Virus record (IMG/VR): IMGVR_UViG_3300030385_001875
Span: 905-64,904 of that record
Length of the DNA: 64,000 bases
Direction: 5' to 3' (one strand)
DNA from: a virus
Lineage: Duplodnaviria; Caudoviricetes
A model generated the notes under the pieces. The model did not search any database. It saw only the letters and a list, made by a program, of their open reading frames with translations, and was not told the DNA's origin. This document shows, one piece after another, positions 20,501 through 29,982 of this stretch (its first letter is position 1; each line of letters opens with the position of its first letter). A program made the translations under genes and the position numbers.

Positions 20501-21779
20501 CTTACCTTCACTACCCGCAGGGAATAATAATATAGGGAATGTGGACATTGTTACACTGCCGTCTTTAGCAGCAGGAACTAACGCTATTGGCAAATTAGCT
20601 GCTAACTCAGGGGTTGATATCGGTGACGTTGATGTAACGTCACTACCAGTACTTCCAGCGGGAAACAATAATATAGGGAATGTCGATATTGCGTCTTCTC
20701 TTCCTGCTGGGACTAATGCGATAGGCAAGTTATCAGCCAATAGCGGAGTAGATATTGGTGACGTTGATGTAACCAGTTTACCATCACTTCCAGCAGGGAA
20801 TAACAATATAGGTAACGTTGATATTGCCTCTGCTTTGCCCGCAGGTACTAATGCTATAGGCAAACTGGCTGCTAACACTGGCGTTGATATAGGCGATGTA
20901 GATGTAACATCGTTGCCATCAATCCCTGCGGGCACGAACAATATTGGTGACGTTGATATTGCATCTGCCAGTTTTGAAGCTGCGGATGGAGCTACTGCAC
21001 CAAGTAAAGGTGTAATGATAGGTGGGTTAGCTGGCACTGATTTTCAAGCACTTAAAGTTAATGCTGATGGAGAGCTTGTTGTTAATCTTGAAGCGTCCAC
21101 TCTTAATATCGGTGATGTCGATATAGCTTCTGAACTTCCTGCTGGCACTCAAAATATTGGGAATGTAGATATAGCCTCTGCTATACCTGCTGGGAATAAC
21201 AATATAGGCAATGTGGATATAGCTTCTGCGTTACCAGCGGGTAATAACAATATAGGTAACGTAGACATTGCGTCTTCTCTTCCTGCTGGGACTAATGCAA
21301 TTGGTAAATTATCAGCCAATAACGGGGTGGATATAGGTGACGTTGATGTTACTTCGTTGCCAGCATTACCAACTGGAAGCAATGCGATTGGTTCTGTAAC
21401 AGTTACTTCCGCACCAACAACTGCTGTAACAGGTAGTTTTTATCAGGGAACTCAACCCGTAAGCATAGCTTCTATGCCAACAACTGCTGTCACTACTGTA
21501 CAGAGTGCTTTCGATACAGGGCAAAATGCTGCTGTAGGTACTACTAGAGTACAAGTTAAATCAGCATCTCAGGCATTGCAATCTGGTATAACGGTTGTAG
21601 CTTCTAGTGCAAATACTGCTAGTATTTTTCTTGGTGATAATGGTGTTACTAGTAGTGGAGGCACTATAGGATTTGAGTTAGCTGCTGGTGCAGGGTTTAC
21701 TTTTAGTTTAAGTAATGCTAACTTGTTATATGCCATTTCAGCATCAGGAACTCAAACTGTAAACTTCGTATCAATGTAG
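17508..21779 (+). CDS. 1423-aa repeat-rich fibre/spike protein
   Basis: Dozens of IG(D/N)VD(I/V) repeats, LPAGxNAIGKLAANSGVD units and KGVMIGGKDG..FQ.LKVN.DGEL modules. Confidence 0.7.
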   Translation: MPRAQSEFSVMQELGNAIGQTNEGELDVNVVNALSTEDLNSAIADLEAIRAALVDGGGVSISVANMDVDLDDLEKIFNGGSSVGVGGPTFDIGQLMTDIKASIQLLDDAVGTTNGTSPTKGKLVGGKDSGGDFQPLKIATDGTLQVDIGSTITETNSAAIKTAIDTITAAVNSSKMDVNLSTSGITLPVSGSFFPATQPVSGTVGVSGTVTVDGSASTQPVSGTVTETNSAAIKTSVEALDNAIAGNEMQVDVVTMPNVTVNGTVTANVGTGTQGVSGTVAVSAVSGTVTTTEGSGTTIATNTAKIDDVQAADAGTNPAKGVMMGGTDGSNLQYLLTDGQGHLQVDVLSGASGGTVDTELTIADLDTGVGTDTKAVVGVALAESGGGQLLGSANPMPVSGTFWQTTQPISGSVTEANSAAIKTAVEALDNAIGGNEMQVDVVAALPAGTNNIGDVDIASALPAGGNNIGDVDIASASFEASDGATAPTKGVMIGGKDGADFQVLKVNSDGELVVNLEASSLNIGDVDIASELPAGSNNIGNVDIASALPAGANAIGKLAANDGVDIGNVDVTSLPSIPTGANAIGKLAANSGVDIGDVDVLTLPPIPAGTNNIGDVDVASASFEHAEDEAHTTADKGVHILAVRKDTAAAQTNADGDYSSLLTDSDGKLHVNAGPMAAQIAGDVNIGDVSLAPSLADGGSLTGVEGLAVGGKDGSGNFQMLKVNADGELEINLEASTLNIGDVDIASELPAGTNNIGDVDIASALPAGANAIGKLAANSGVDIGDVDVLTLPALPAGTNNIGDVDIASAIPAGNNNIGNVDVVTLPSLAAGTNAIGKLAANSGIDIGDVDVTSLPSLAAGTNNIGDVDIASAGFEAVDGATVPSKGVMIGGKDGSDFQAVKVNSDGELLVNLEASSINIGDVDIASALPAGNNNIGNVDIASSLPAGANAIGKLAANSGVDIGDVDVTSLPSLPAGANAIGKLAANSGVDIGDVDVTSLPSLPAGNNNIGNVDIVTLPSLAAGTNAIGKLAANSGVDIGDVDVTSLPVLPAGNNNIGNVDIASSLPAGTNAIGKLSANSGVDIGDVDVTSLPSLPAGNNNIGNVDIASALPAGTNAIGKLAANTGVDIGDVDVTSLPSIPAGTNNIGDVDIASASFEAADGATAPSKGVMIGGLAGTDFQALKVNADGELVVNLEASTLNIGDVDIASELPAGTQNIGNVDIASAIPAGNNNIGNVDIASALPAGNNNIGNVDIASSLPAGTNAIGKLSANNGVDIGDVDVTSLPALPTGSNAIGSVTVTSAPTTAVTGSFYQGTQPVSIASMPTTAVTTVQSAFDTGQNAAVGTTRVQVKSASQALQSGITVVASSANTASIFLGDNGVTSSGGTIGFELAAGAGFTFSLSNANLLYAISASGTQTVNFVSM

Positions 21780-21789
21780 AGGAAAAGAT

Positions 21790-24700
21790 ATGGTCCCTTT
21801 TGGATATATACCTCCCCCCTCATCTGGTGGTGGAGGTGGTGGCGGTGGAGCAGGTGAAGTAGAGATTGCTGTAACTGTTGCGACTAGCCCTAATAGATTT
21901 GTGATTGATGGAGTTTCACAACAGGATTTCACTATTCTTCCGGGTATGATCTACAAGTTTGATGTTAGTGCAAGTAGTAATTCTGGTCATGTATTAGCTC
22001 TTTCACTCACTGATAATAACTCTGGCAGTTCGGAATATACTTCAGGACGAACAAGATCAGGAACTCCCGGTACTACTGATGCTTATGTCCAATGGGATGT
22101 GCCTCTGAATGTAGCTGATACTGTCTATTATTATTGTACACAGCACTCTGCTATGGGTGGAGCTTTGACCAAGACAGGTACTGGTGGTGCTGCTGGTATT
22201 GCTGAAATGGAATTTACTACAGATGGGCTTGAAGATGATATCGCAGCTCTAGCATTTAAGGTTGCAGCTAATAGCAGTTTGGATGATTTCAGTTTATCTA
22301 ACCAAATAATAGATGATTTTAAAACAGAAGCTGATTCAAATATAGATACCAGCTTAAGTGTTGATGAACAATATTCTTCTACTAGGTGGGGTGGTTCTGT
22401 TGTAGGATCAGGTGCATTTACGACTACGGGTAACCCTACATCAGCAGAGGTTGGAAACGAGACAATCTTAACTTGGACCCAATCAGGTTCTTTTACCCCT
22501 ACTGCCACTATGTCTGTAGAATATTTTGTAGTTGCTGGTGGTGGAGGTGGTGGCGGTAGTAGAGGTGCTGGTGGTGGTGCTGGAGGTTACAGAACTGCAA
22601 CAGGTTTCTCCGCAACTGCACAGCAACATACTGTCACAATTGGATCAGGTGGATCTGGAACTGGAGCTGTGCAGCAAACGGGAGTAAGTGGTCAGTCCTC
22701 GGTATTTTCTTCAATTTCTACAGTTGGAGGGGGTGGTGGTGGTGGTGGTTTTAACCCCGGCTCATGGAGTCATGGATTAGTTGGTGGATCTGGTGGTGGT
22801 GGTGGAGCGAATAGTGGAAATGGTGGTGCTGGTACTAGTGGTCAAGGTTATGCAGGTGGTACCATGTCTGGTAATCAGGGTGCTGCTGGAGGTGGAGGTG
22901 GTGGTGCAGTTGGATCTAATCAATCAAATAATGGGAATGGGGGAGCTGGTGGTGTTGGTATAGCCACTTCTATTACTGGTTCATCCGTTTATTATGCTGG
23001 TGGCGGTGGTGGTGGAGCTAATGGTGGTAGTGCAGGAGCTGGTGGTAATGGAGGTGGTGGAAATGGTACTAATAACAGCTCAACTGCTACAGCTGGTACA
23101 GTAAATACTGGTGGTGGTGGTGGTGGAGCAGGTTCTGGCGGTACAGGTGGAGCAGGTGGATCAGGTAAAGTTATGATAAGATTTGCAACTCCAGTACCCG
23201 CAGCCAATAATGATATGGATTTAGTTTCTAATGCTTTTACTGTTTCTTCAGTTCCCACACAAGCTGATATAGTCTTGATGTATGATGATTCAACAGGAAC
23301 GGCAGTTTTAAATACTGATCTGAAAGTATGGGCCAGCAGAGATAATGGTAGTACTTGGACTCAAGGCACACTGTCAGGTAAAGAAGTAATGGGAACTGAG
23401 ATACTTACTTCTGCTCATGATATCTTAATAGCAGATCAGCCTAGTGGTACAGCTATGCGATATAAGATTTCTACTCATAATCAAGCTGTTACTTTAGTCA
23501 CAAGCATAGGTGCTGTCTCTTTAGGCTGGAAAGATCCTGCTACAGCTATTGTAACTGCTGGTGGTAGTGGTGGCATAACAGATTTAACAGTGGCAACTTC
23601 TGGCTTGGAAGATGATATCGCTGCCCTAGCATTCAAAGTTGCAGCAGCTAACAGCTTGGATGACTTTAATTTATCAAACCAGATGGTAGATGATTTCAAG
23701 ACACAAGCAGATTCTGCTATTGATGAGGCTGGTAGCACTAATATTACAATAGATTCATATGGTGCTTCTCAAGCTGGACTCCTAGATACTGGTAATAGAT
23801 GGAGTGGGTTTGTTGCAGGATCAGTAGCTGATTCAAATTGGAGCAGTGTTGGAACGCTTATAAACGGAACTGAAACTGTAGCTAGTGGTTCATTTCCTGA
23901 GACAAGTAGTACTGGACATACAGTTACATTAACAGGAGTTACACAAACAACTGGATCTGGTGGTAAATTTGGTGAAGGATATACTTTTGGTTCTTATGCC
24001 AGCAATCATTATATGGCTATGCCAGATCATGCTGATTTCAATTTTGCAGGTGGTAGTTTCACTATAGAATTCTGGATAAAATTCACTGCAACTCCAAGCA
24101 ATTATGCGACTATTTTTGGACAGGGTTCACAAACTGCTGAACACGCCCTTGTTTTGGGTGATTGGGGCGGTACTACAGATGAACATAATTTAGAATGGAT
24201 AGCTGAAGGTGGACTTGGGAGTGATATGAATATGAGGGGCAGTTCTGGTTCCAACCAAACTGGCCCACTTAACGTATTGAATACTTGGTATCATATTGCT
24301 GTAGTTAGAAATAGTGATTTGTGGAGTATATATATTAATGGTAATTTTAGAAAGAGTGAAACTCACTCAGGAACACTTTCAGATTTCAGTGATCCAATGG
24401 AGATTGGTAGAAGATCGTTAAACTCCGCATATAGAGGTAGTTTTGAGGGTGTTTTAGATGACTTTAGAATCACTAAAGGTGTAGCAAGATATTCTGGAAC
24501 AGTACAAACAGATTGGGGTAATTTTAGTGAAATAACAGCAGCCTTTCCTACTAGCGGAACCGCCAATAATCCTCAGTATAACAATATAGAATTAGTCTCT
24601 GATATACAGCCTGCATCAACTGCCCCTAGTTCAGGAGATGTGGTTCTCTTATATACTGATACTGTTGGCACTGCTGTTCTCAATACAGATCTTAAGGCTT

Positions 24701-26220
24701 GGGTAAGTAGAGATAATGGTACAACATGGACAGAAGGTGTATTAGCAGGTGGAGATGCAGTGGGTGATGAGAAACTTGCCTCTGCACATGATATAGATAT
24801 CTCAGGTCAGCCAAGTGGTACACAGGTTAGATATAAGATAACTACCCATAACCAATCTGCAACTAAGTTAATATCTATAGGTGGAGTAAGTCTTGGATGG
24901 ACTAATCCTACTGATGTAACTTACTCTACTGTAACTGCTGAACGTGGTGTATCTGTAGTAGCTAACAAGGCTGCATTACAAGCTATTACACCTTCTGGAA
25001 CTCTGGGACAATTCTATTTTGTTACTGCTACTAAAGCTATGTATTATTCCAATGGTAGTGTTTGGACACTTCTAGGGAGTAACGCTCCGGGTTGGGGTAG
25101 CTTTACAGAAGATTATGGAACACTTACACATACTAATTCAAGTAGTAATCCAGTAACTCATTATCCTACGGCTACGGGTGCAGCAAATAGTGGAGATCCA
25201 CAGGCAACTTCTATCTTAGCCGTTACTGATGAAGCTGAGAGTATTATTGTCTATGCAGCACCTACCAATATTATAGTTTCAGATTGTTCTCACTCGCCAT
25301 CACATACAGGAGCACAAACCTCTGTAGATGCTGGACTTGTTATTGGGTCTTCTTCTGGAGAAGTAGAAGTAACACCCCCAAGCGCATGGGTAGATGATAC
25401 TGTTACTGCTACTGTTACAGCTAGTGATGGTATTAATATTTTAGAAAAGAACATAACATGGAATATTGGTGGATTGTGGCCCGCTAATGATGCAGATTTT
25501 TCTGATGTCACTTTCTTATCACACCTTGATGGTGCAATTGCTGATGTAAGTAATGATAGTCGTGCAGCCGTTGCTGACACAATGGTATGGAGTACTGCTC
25601 AGAAGAAATGGGGTTCTGGCAGTGCAGACTGCACTACTGGAACAAGAAGATTATGGTATGCAGATTCTACTACCTATCCTATTACTAGAGAGTTTACATG
25701 GGAATGCTGGTTTAAATTAACAGGTTTAAATACTGGTGGTCAGATGTATAGAACTCAAACCCTTATGGGTAGAGGAAATAATTATTCTGGGCTCATTATA
25801 AAAAAAGATGCAGATCCGTCTGGTATCCCTAATATGACAGGTAGTCAACTATCAGGTCATAGTCTAGGGTTTTGGGTTGATACCCCAACACATACTTATC
25901 CTTTCTGGCCCCATCATACACTGATGACAGTAGATGGTCTTTGGCATCATGCTGCTGTTAGTTGTGATGCAACTAGGATTTATATGTTTCTGGATGGAGT
26001 TTTATCTACTGAGTCCCAAGTATCATCTTGGGCTTGGACAGGTCAGCATACAGATGCATGGTCATCTTCTGACACCAATAGAATGTCAATTGGTGGTGGA
26101 ATTTGGAACGAAGGTAGCATGCCCGCTTTAGGTTATATTGATGACTTCAGGACTACTATAGATACATGTCGGTATACAGCAGATTTTAATGCTCCCGCAG
26201 GAGCATTCCAAGATCAATAA
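21790..26220 (+). CDS. Tail fibre/receptor-binding protein with Gly-rich and two LamG/ConA-like domains
   Basis: VVAGGGGGG Gly-rich domain; FTIEFWIK..WYHIAVVR..YING..LDDFRITKGVARY; FTWECWFK..WHHAAVS..IDDFR. Confidence 0.75.
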   Translation: MVPFGYIPPPSSGGGGGGGGAGEVEIAVTVATSPNRFVIDGVSQQDFTILPGMIYKFDVSASSNSGHVLALSLTDNNSGSSEYTSGRTRSGTPGTTDAYVQWDVPLNVADTVYYYCTQHSAMGGALTKTGTGGAAGIAEMEFTTDGLEDDIAALAFKVAANSSLDDFSLSNQIIDDFKTEADSNIDTSLSVDEQYSSTRWGGSVVGSGAFTTTGNPTSAEVGNETILTWTQSGSFTPTATMSVEYFVVAGGGGGGGSRGAGGGAGGYRTATGFSATAQQHTVTIGSGGSGTGAVQQTGVSGQSSVFSSISTVGGGGGGGGFNPGSWSHGLVGGSGGGGGANSGNGGAGTSGQGYAGGTMSGNQGAAGGGGGGAVGSNQSNNGNGGAGGVGIATSITGSSVYYAGGGGGGANGGSAGAGGNGGGGNGTNNSSTATAGTVNTGGGGGGAGSGGTGGAGGSGKVMIRFATPVPAANNDMDLVSNAFTVSSVPTQADIVLMYDDSTGTAVLNTDLKVWASRDNGSTWTQGTLSGKEVMGTEILTSAHDILIADQPSGTAMRYKISTHNQAVTLVTSIGAVSLGWKDPATAIVTAGGSGGITDLTVATSGLEDDIAALAFKVAAANSLDDFNLSNQMVDDFKTQADSAIDEAGSTNITIDSYGASQAGLLDTGNRWSGFVAGSVADSNWSSVGTLINGTETVASGSFPETSSTGHTVTLTGVTQTTGSGGKFGEGYTFGSYASNHYMAMPDHADFNFAGGSFTIEFWIKFTATPSNYATIFGQGSQTAEHALVLGDWGGTTDEHNLEWIAEGGLGSDMNMRGSSGSNQTGPLNVLNTWYHIAVVRNSDLWSIYINGNFRKSETHSGTLSDFSDPMEIGRRSLNSAYRGSFEGVLDDFRITKGVARYSGTVQTDWGNFSEITAAFPTSGTANNPQYNNIELVSDIQPASTAPSSGDVVLLYTDTVGTAVLNTDLKAWVSRDNGTTWTEGVLAGGDAVGDEKLASAHDIDISGQPSGTQVRYKITTHNQSATKLISIGGVSLGWTNPTDVTYSTVTAERGVSVVANKAALQAITPSGTLGQFYFVTATKAMYYSNGSVWTLLGSNAPGWGSFTEDYGTLTHTNSSSNPVTHYPTATGAANSGDPQATSILAVTDEAESIIVYAAPTNIIVSDCSHSPSHTGAQTSVDAGLVIGSSSGEVEVTPPSAWVDDTVTATVTASDGINILEKNITWNIGGLWPANDADFSDVTFLSHLDGAIADVSNDSRAAVADTMVWSTAQKKWGSGSADCTTGTRRLWYADSTTYPITREFTWECWFKLTGLNTGGQMYRTQTLMGRGNNYSGLIIKKDADPSGIPNMTGSQLSGHSLGFWVDTPTHTYPFWPHHTLMTVDGLWHHAAVSCDATRIYMFLDGVLSTESQVSSWAWTGQHTDAWSSSDTNRMSIGGGIWNEGSMPALGYIDDFRTTIDTCRYTADFNAPAGAFQDQ

Positions 26221-27352
26221 GATTAAGCAAGCAAGGAAAATAACTGTTTTAGGGGCAGGTAGTTCAGGATGTATAGCTGCACTTCATTTCGCACTTGCAA
26301 GAAAATATTCATCATTAGGTTGGAAAATTCCAAGAGTTGAAGTTGAACTTATACATGATCCAGAAATATCTCCTGAACCTGTTGGTCTTGGTACTTTACC
26401 AAAAGTATCTACAGCTATCTGGTCTGCATTAAATCAGACTGATTGGCATACTAATCCTATGGATGCTGTACCTAAGTTGGGGGTATTGTATGAAGGTTGG
26501 GGAAATACGGAAGAAGCTTTTGCACCACTAGCATATGATTATGTTGCAATGCATTTCAAGCCATCAAAGTTTCAGGAATATATTTTAAATTCCAAACAGT
26601 TTGATGTGATTGAAGCTAATGTTAAAGATTATGAAAGTATTGATTCAGATCTTATTGTTGATTGCAGGGGTACTCCCACTGATTGGGATAATTATGATGA
26701 GTTATTGAACCCACTTAATACAGTATTGTTAGGTGAACTTGATGAACAAGATCCTAAACAATTATGGACAAGAGCAGTAGCAACACCAAATGGTTGGACT
26801 TTTGTAATACCTGTAGGAAATTCTACGTCATATGGATATCTGTATAATAATAAATTAACATCTGATGTTGATGCAATTTCCAATTTTGAAGAGATGTTTG
26901 GAATAAAAGAAACTAAGAAATTATCTTTCAAAAATTATATAGCTAAGAATCCTTTTGTTAATAATAGGATTGCGTTAAACGGTAACAGGTTATTTTTTAT
27001 AGAACCATTAGAAGCTACATCACTTATGACTCATTTAGATTGGTGTAGGATGCTTTGGAGATCTGTAATTATGAACAAAATGACAACTGATAATGCTACT
27101 AACCAACTTAAAAAATATGTTAATGAAGTAAAGAACTTTATACTTTGGCATTATCAAGTTGGATCAAAATATGACACACCTTTTTGGAATTACGCCAAAA
27201 CATTACAGATTGATGATCCCTCTTTTTATAATATAATAAAAGGAATAGAAAGTCCTAACTATGGATTTTATGAGAAAGACTCACAAGCTGTCTATGGACA
27301 GTGGGGTCTTCATCCTTTTAAAATGTGGTATGATAGGGTAATTTCAGCATGA
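26189..27352 (+). CDS. Flavin-dependent tryptophan halogenase (PrnA)-like protein
   Basis: VLGAGSSG FAD motif, VDCRG, GWTFVIP, GYLYN, GNRLFFIEPLEATS, FILWHY..GSKYDTPFW. Start codon uncertain. Confidence 0.8.
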   Translation: MLPQEHSKINKIKQARKITVLGAGSSGCIAALHFALARKYSSLGWKIPRVEVELIHDPEISPEPVGLGTLPKVSTAIWSALNQTDWHTNPMDAVPKLGVLYEGWGNTEEAFAPLAYDYVAMHFKPSKFQEYILNSKQFDVIEANVKDYESIDSDLIVDCRGTPTDWDNYDELLNPLNTVLLGELDEQDPKQLWTRAVATPNGWTFVIPVGNSTSYGYLYNNKLTSDVDAISNFEEMFGIKETKKLSFKNYIAKNPFVNNRIALNGNRLFFIEPLEATSLMTHLDWCRMLWRSVIMNKMTTDNATNQLKKYVNEVKNFILWHYQVGSKYDTPFWNYAKTLQIDDPSFYNIIKGIESPNYGFYEKDSQAVYGQWGLHPFKMWYDRVISA

Positions 27353-27375
27353 GAATCATAGCTCTAGAGATATAA

Positions 27376-27618
27376 ATGTCTGATAGTTGGGAGAAACATC
27401 AAGAGCATGTGTTATCTGAATTGCAGAGACTCGGTTCTAAGATAGAAGATATCGATAAAGAAATGAAAGAGTTTCACACTAACCATCTTTCAGGTATCAA
27501 AGGTCAGGTTGCTGAAATAAGGGCTACTGTTAGGCTTTATGGAGTTGTCGCTGTGGGGGCAGGACCTTTTGCTGTAGGGATAATTGAAGTTTACCTAAAG
27601 ATGACAGGTAAGGGGTGA
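27376..27618 (+). CDS. Small coiled-coil + C-terminal TM protein (holin-like)
   Basis: Coiled coil followed by a hydrophobic segment. Confidence 0.5.
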   Translation: MSDSWEKHQEHVLSELQRLGSKIEDIDKEMKEFHTNHLSGIKGQVAEIRATVRLYGVVAVGAGPFAVGIIEVYLKMTGKG

Positions 27619-28428
27619 ATGGTTGTTTTACAGCGTGTATCTCCGGGGATAGGGGACGCTATTATGATGCAACCTTTGATAGAAAACCTTTACAGGGATA
27701 ATCATAAGGACTTCGGGTTAGTAACTAAGTTTCCTGATCTATTCCGAGGAATGTATCCTATTTATGATACCCCTCCCGAATTCGCAGAAGTTATAGATGT
27801 TGACGATCCTTGCCCATGCAGTTTATATGAATCTGAGGTGAAGGTTATTAAGAAAGGCCGAACACAACTGTTCCTTGAAAGCGGTGGGTATACTTATAAA
27901 AAAGAAGCCCCTAGACTGGAACTGACAGCGGTGGAACAGGGGAAAGCCGAGGAGTTTAAAGGAGAGCAGGGTGTTCAGATCGGGTTGAGTACAACATCCG
28001 CTGCTTACGGGAACGTTCTTGATGGGTGGAGAGATTACCCGTACCCTGAAGCATTAGCGAAATCCTTAAGTTCTCTTGGGCATGTTGTTTGGATGCACAC
28101 AGAATCTTTACATAGTAAATATGCAGAAGATTTCAAAGGCTCGTTACGTGACCTTATGATAAGGATAAAGAGTCTGGACATAATGGTAGCTGTCGATACG
28201 GCTGCTGTTCATATAGCTGGAGCGTTAGGGGTGACAGTGTACGGGCTTTTCGGCCCGACTGACCCTGCTTTAAGGATAGCAGATTATACTTCTACGTTCT
28301 GGTTACCGAAATACGAAAAATGTGGCAGGGCATACTGTTGGTATGATCCCTGTAAATGGCGTTTTTGTTTGCAAAGCCTCAAACCTAAAACAATACAAAA
28401 AAAGGTAAAGGTACTTTTAAATGGATAA
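27619..28428 (+). CDS. Glycosyltransferase family 9 (heptosyltransferase-like)
   Basis: GIGDAIM..P and VAVDTAAVHIAGALGV..YGLFGPTDP. Confidence 0.85.
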   Translation: MVVLQRVSPGIGDAIMMQPLIENLYRDNHKDFGLVTKFPDLFRGMYPIYDTPPEFAEVIDVDDPCPCSLYESEVKVIKKGRTQLFLESGGYTYKKEAPRLELTAVEQGKAEEFKGEQGVQIGLSTTSAAYGNVLDGWRDYPYPEALAKSLSSLGHVVWMHTESLHSKYAEDFKGSLRDLMIRIKSLDIMVAVDTAAVHIAGALGVTVYGLFGPTDPALRIADYTSTFWLPKYEKCGRAYCWYDPCKWRFCLQSLKPKTIQKKVKVLLNG

Positions 28429-29056
28429 ACTGGAAATAGGTGGTGGGAGTAACCCTGCTGAAGGGTACTTAAACCTCGATATCAACGCTGATTGCAAACC
28501 TGATATAACAGGAGATGTGAGAGCGTTCTTTACACCTGATGTGGATCTGGAAGATTATCCTGATTTAATGGGAATCGATGAGTTTGTGTTTGACGAAATC
28601 AGGGCGACACATTTCGTTGAACATATCGAGTGGATATACCAGAAACCCATGTTTGAATGGTTTTACAAGGTATTGAAACCAAGCGGTAGAATTGTAATAG
28701 AGACCCCTAACTTGCACTGGATAATAAAGAGTTACCTTAAAAATTATGGTTCAGGAGAGTATCCCCAAGAAGACCACCCTGACCTTAACGGTACTAATGA
28801 TTTTGTCCCTTGGGTTAATTTTAAGCTGTTTTCTGGTTGCAGTCCCGGTGACTATCATCATGCTATGTTCGACAAAGTTTGGATGAGACGGGTTTTAAAA
28901 GAAACAGGGTTCACTCCTACGGTAAAGGCGAAAGGGGCGTACATACAGGCTATAGGGGTCAAGAAGGATTTGGGTTTGCCAGAGGAAGAGTATTATGTTC
29001 CACGAAATAATCGAAGATGGTGGGATGCGTTTAAGATGGGGCAGTGGATAAAATGA
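28421..29056 (+). CDS. SAM-dependent methyltransferase (Methyltransf_11-like)
   Basis: KLEIGGG..YLNLDI..PD..GD, FDEIRATHFVEH, KVLKPSG..ETPN. Confidence 0.8.
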   Translation: MDKLEIGGGSNPAEGYLNLDINADCKPDITGDVRAFFTPDVDLEDYPDLMGIDEFVFDEIRATHFVEHIEWIYQKPMFEWFYKVLKPSGRIVIETPNLHWIIKSYLKNYGSGEYPQEDHPDLNGTNDFVPWVNFKLFSGCSPGDYHHAMFDKVWMRRVLKETGFTPTVKAKGAYIQAIGVKKDLGLPEEEYYVPRNNRRWWDAFKMGQWIK

Positions 29057-29982
29057 AGGTACAACCTCTGTTTGAGTTAGGGATGTTTTCAAATAACCGT
29101 ATACATGCGACCTTAAAGAAATACGCACCTGAGACAGTAGTGTTCACAGGCGAATACGGAAGAACCCCTAACGGTATGCATTCTAGATGGGGGATAGATA
29201 CTTCCTGTGATGCCTATATTTTTCATGCAACCCCCGGAGGTGATTCTTACCGACAACTGTTCTGGGGTGAGAAGGACTGGGTTGTGACGTTGATGGAAGA
29301 GGTTGAAAGGAAACCTAAAATAATCTTGTTTGAAGTACACGACCTACTGGTTATGTACCCTGAATGGATTAAAGATAAAGATGTTATTCAGTCTTATAAG
29401 ATGTCGGATTGGTTTCCTGAACACCCTAACTTGATTTCCTATCCTATGCCCGGAAGCGGAAGGTGGATCGATGAAGATATATTTTACAGGAAAGAAGAGA
29501 TTGGGAAGAATCAGGGTCGCATTCTTGTGAGTTGTGACCAGTTGAAACGCAATCTATACGAAACCATATCTTCTATGGGGCATCCCCTGCATATTCTAGG
29601 TACGAGCAATCAGCGTTTTTTGGGGCAGATGAAAGAGAATGATACTTGTGGTACTATATATCCGCAAGACTCGGATAAGCTAAACGATCTCTATAACACT
29701 CTTGACTATGCAGTGAATTTTCAGGTTGTCGGGTTTGAAAGCTGGTTGGTTGAAGCGAGATTCTGCGGGGTGAAATGCTATTATCCTGACTGTGATCATG
29801 CAAGATCCCTTTTCGGTGATGAGAATGTAGGATTCTTTGATCTTGAAGATATAGAAGGGACGCTCAACCTTGAGAACGATATGACTGAGAGTGATATCGC
29901 TTACAGCAGACAGAAATGGGGTGCGGAACACAGAGTACCTTTGTTTTGGGAAGAGGTACGGAGCAGGATAATCCCTGAATAG
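29053..29982 (+). CDS. Probable GT-B glycosyltransferase
   Basis: IDEDIFY, LNDLYN..Y, GFESWLVEARFCGV (ExxxCG acceptor motif); cluster context. Start either 29044 or 29053. Confidence 0.55.
   Translation: MKVQPLFELGMFSNNRIHATLKKYAPETVVFTGEYGRTPNGMHSRWGIDTSCDAYIFHATPGGDSYRQLFWGEKDWVVTLMEEVERKPKIILFEVHDLLVMYPEWIKDKDVIQSYKMSDWFPEHPNLISYPMPGSGRWIDEDIFYRKEEIGKNQGRILVSCDQLKRNLYETISSMGHPLHILGTSNQRFLGQMKENDTCGTIYPQDSDKLNDLYNTLDYAVNFQVVGFESWLVEARFCGVKCYYPDCDHARSLFGDENVGFFDLEDIEGTLNLENDMTESDIAYSRQKWGAEHRVPLFWEEVRSRIIPE

Noticed and set aside
17906-25580. Long antisense ORFs (e.g. 19541-21037) opposite the fibre genes
   Set aside because: Shadow frames of repetitive Gly/Ala/Val/Asp codons; the + strand genes have clear RBS and context.
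21790-26220. Diversity-generating retroelement acting on the fibre duplication
   Set aside because: No reverse transcriptase was seen, and the differences between copies are not adenine-specific.
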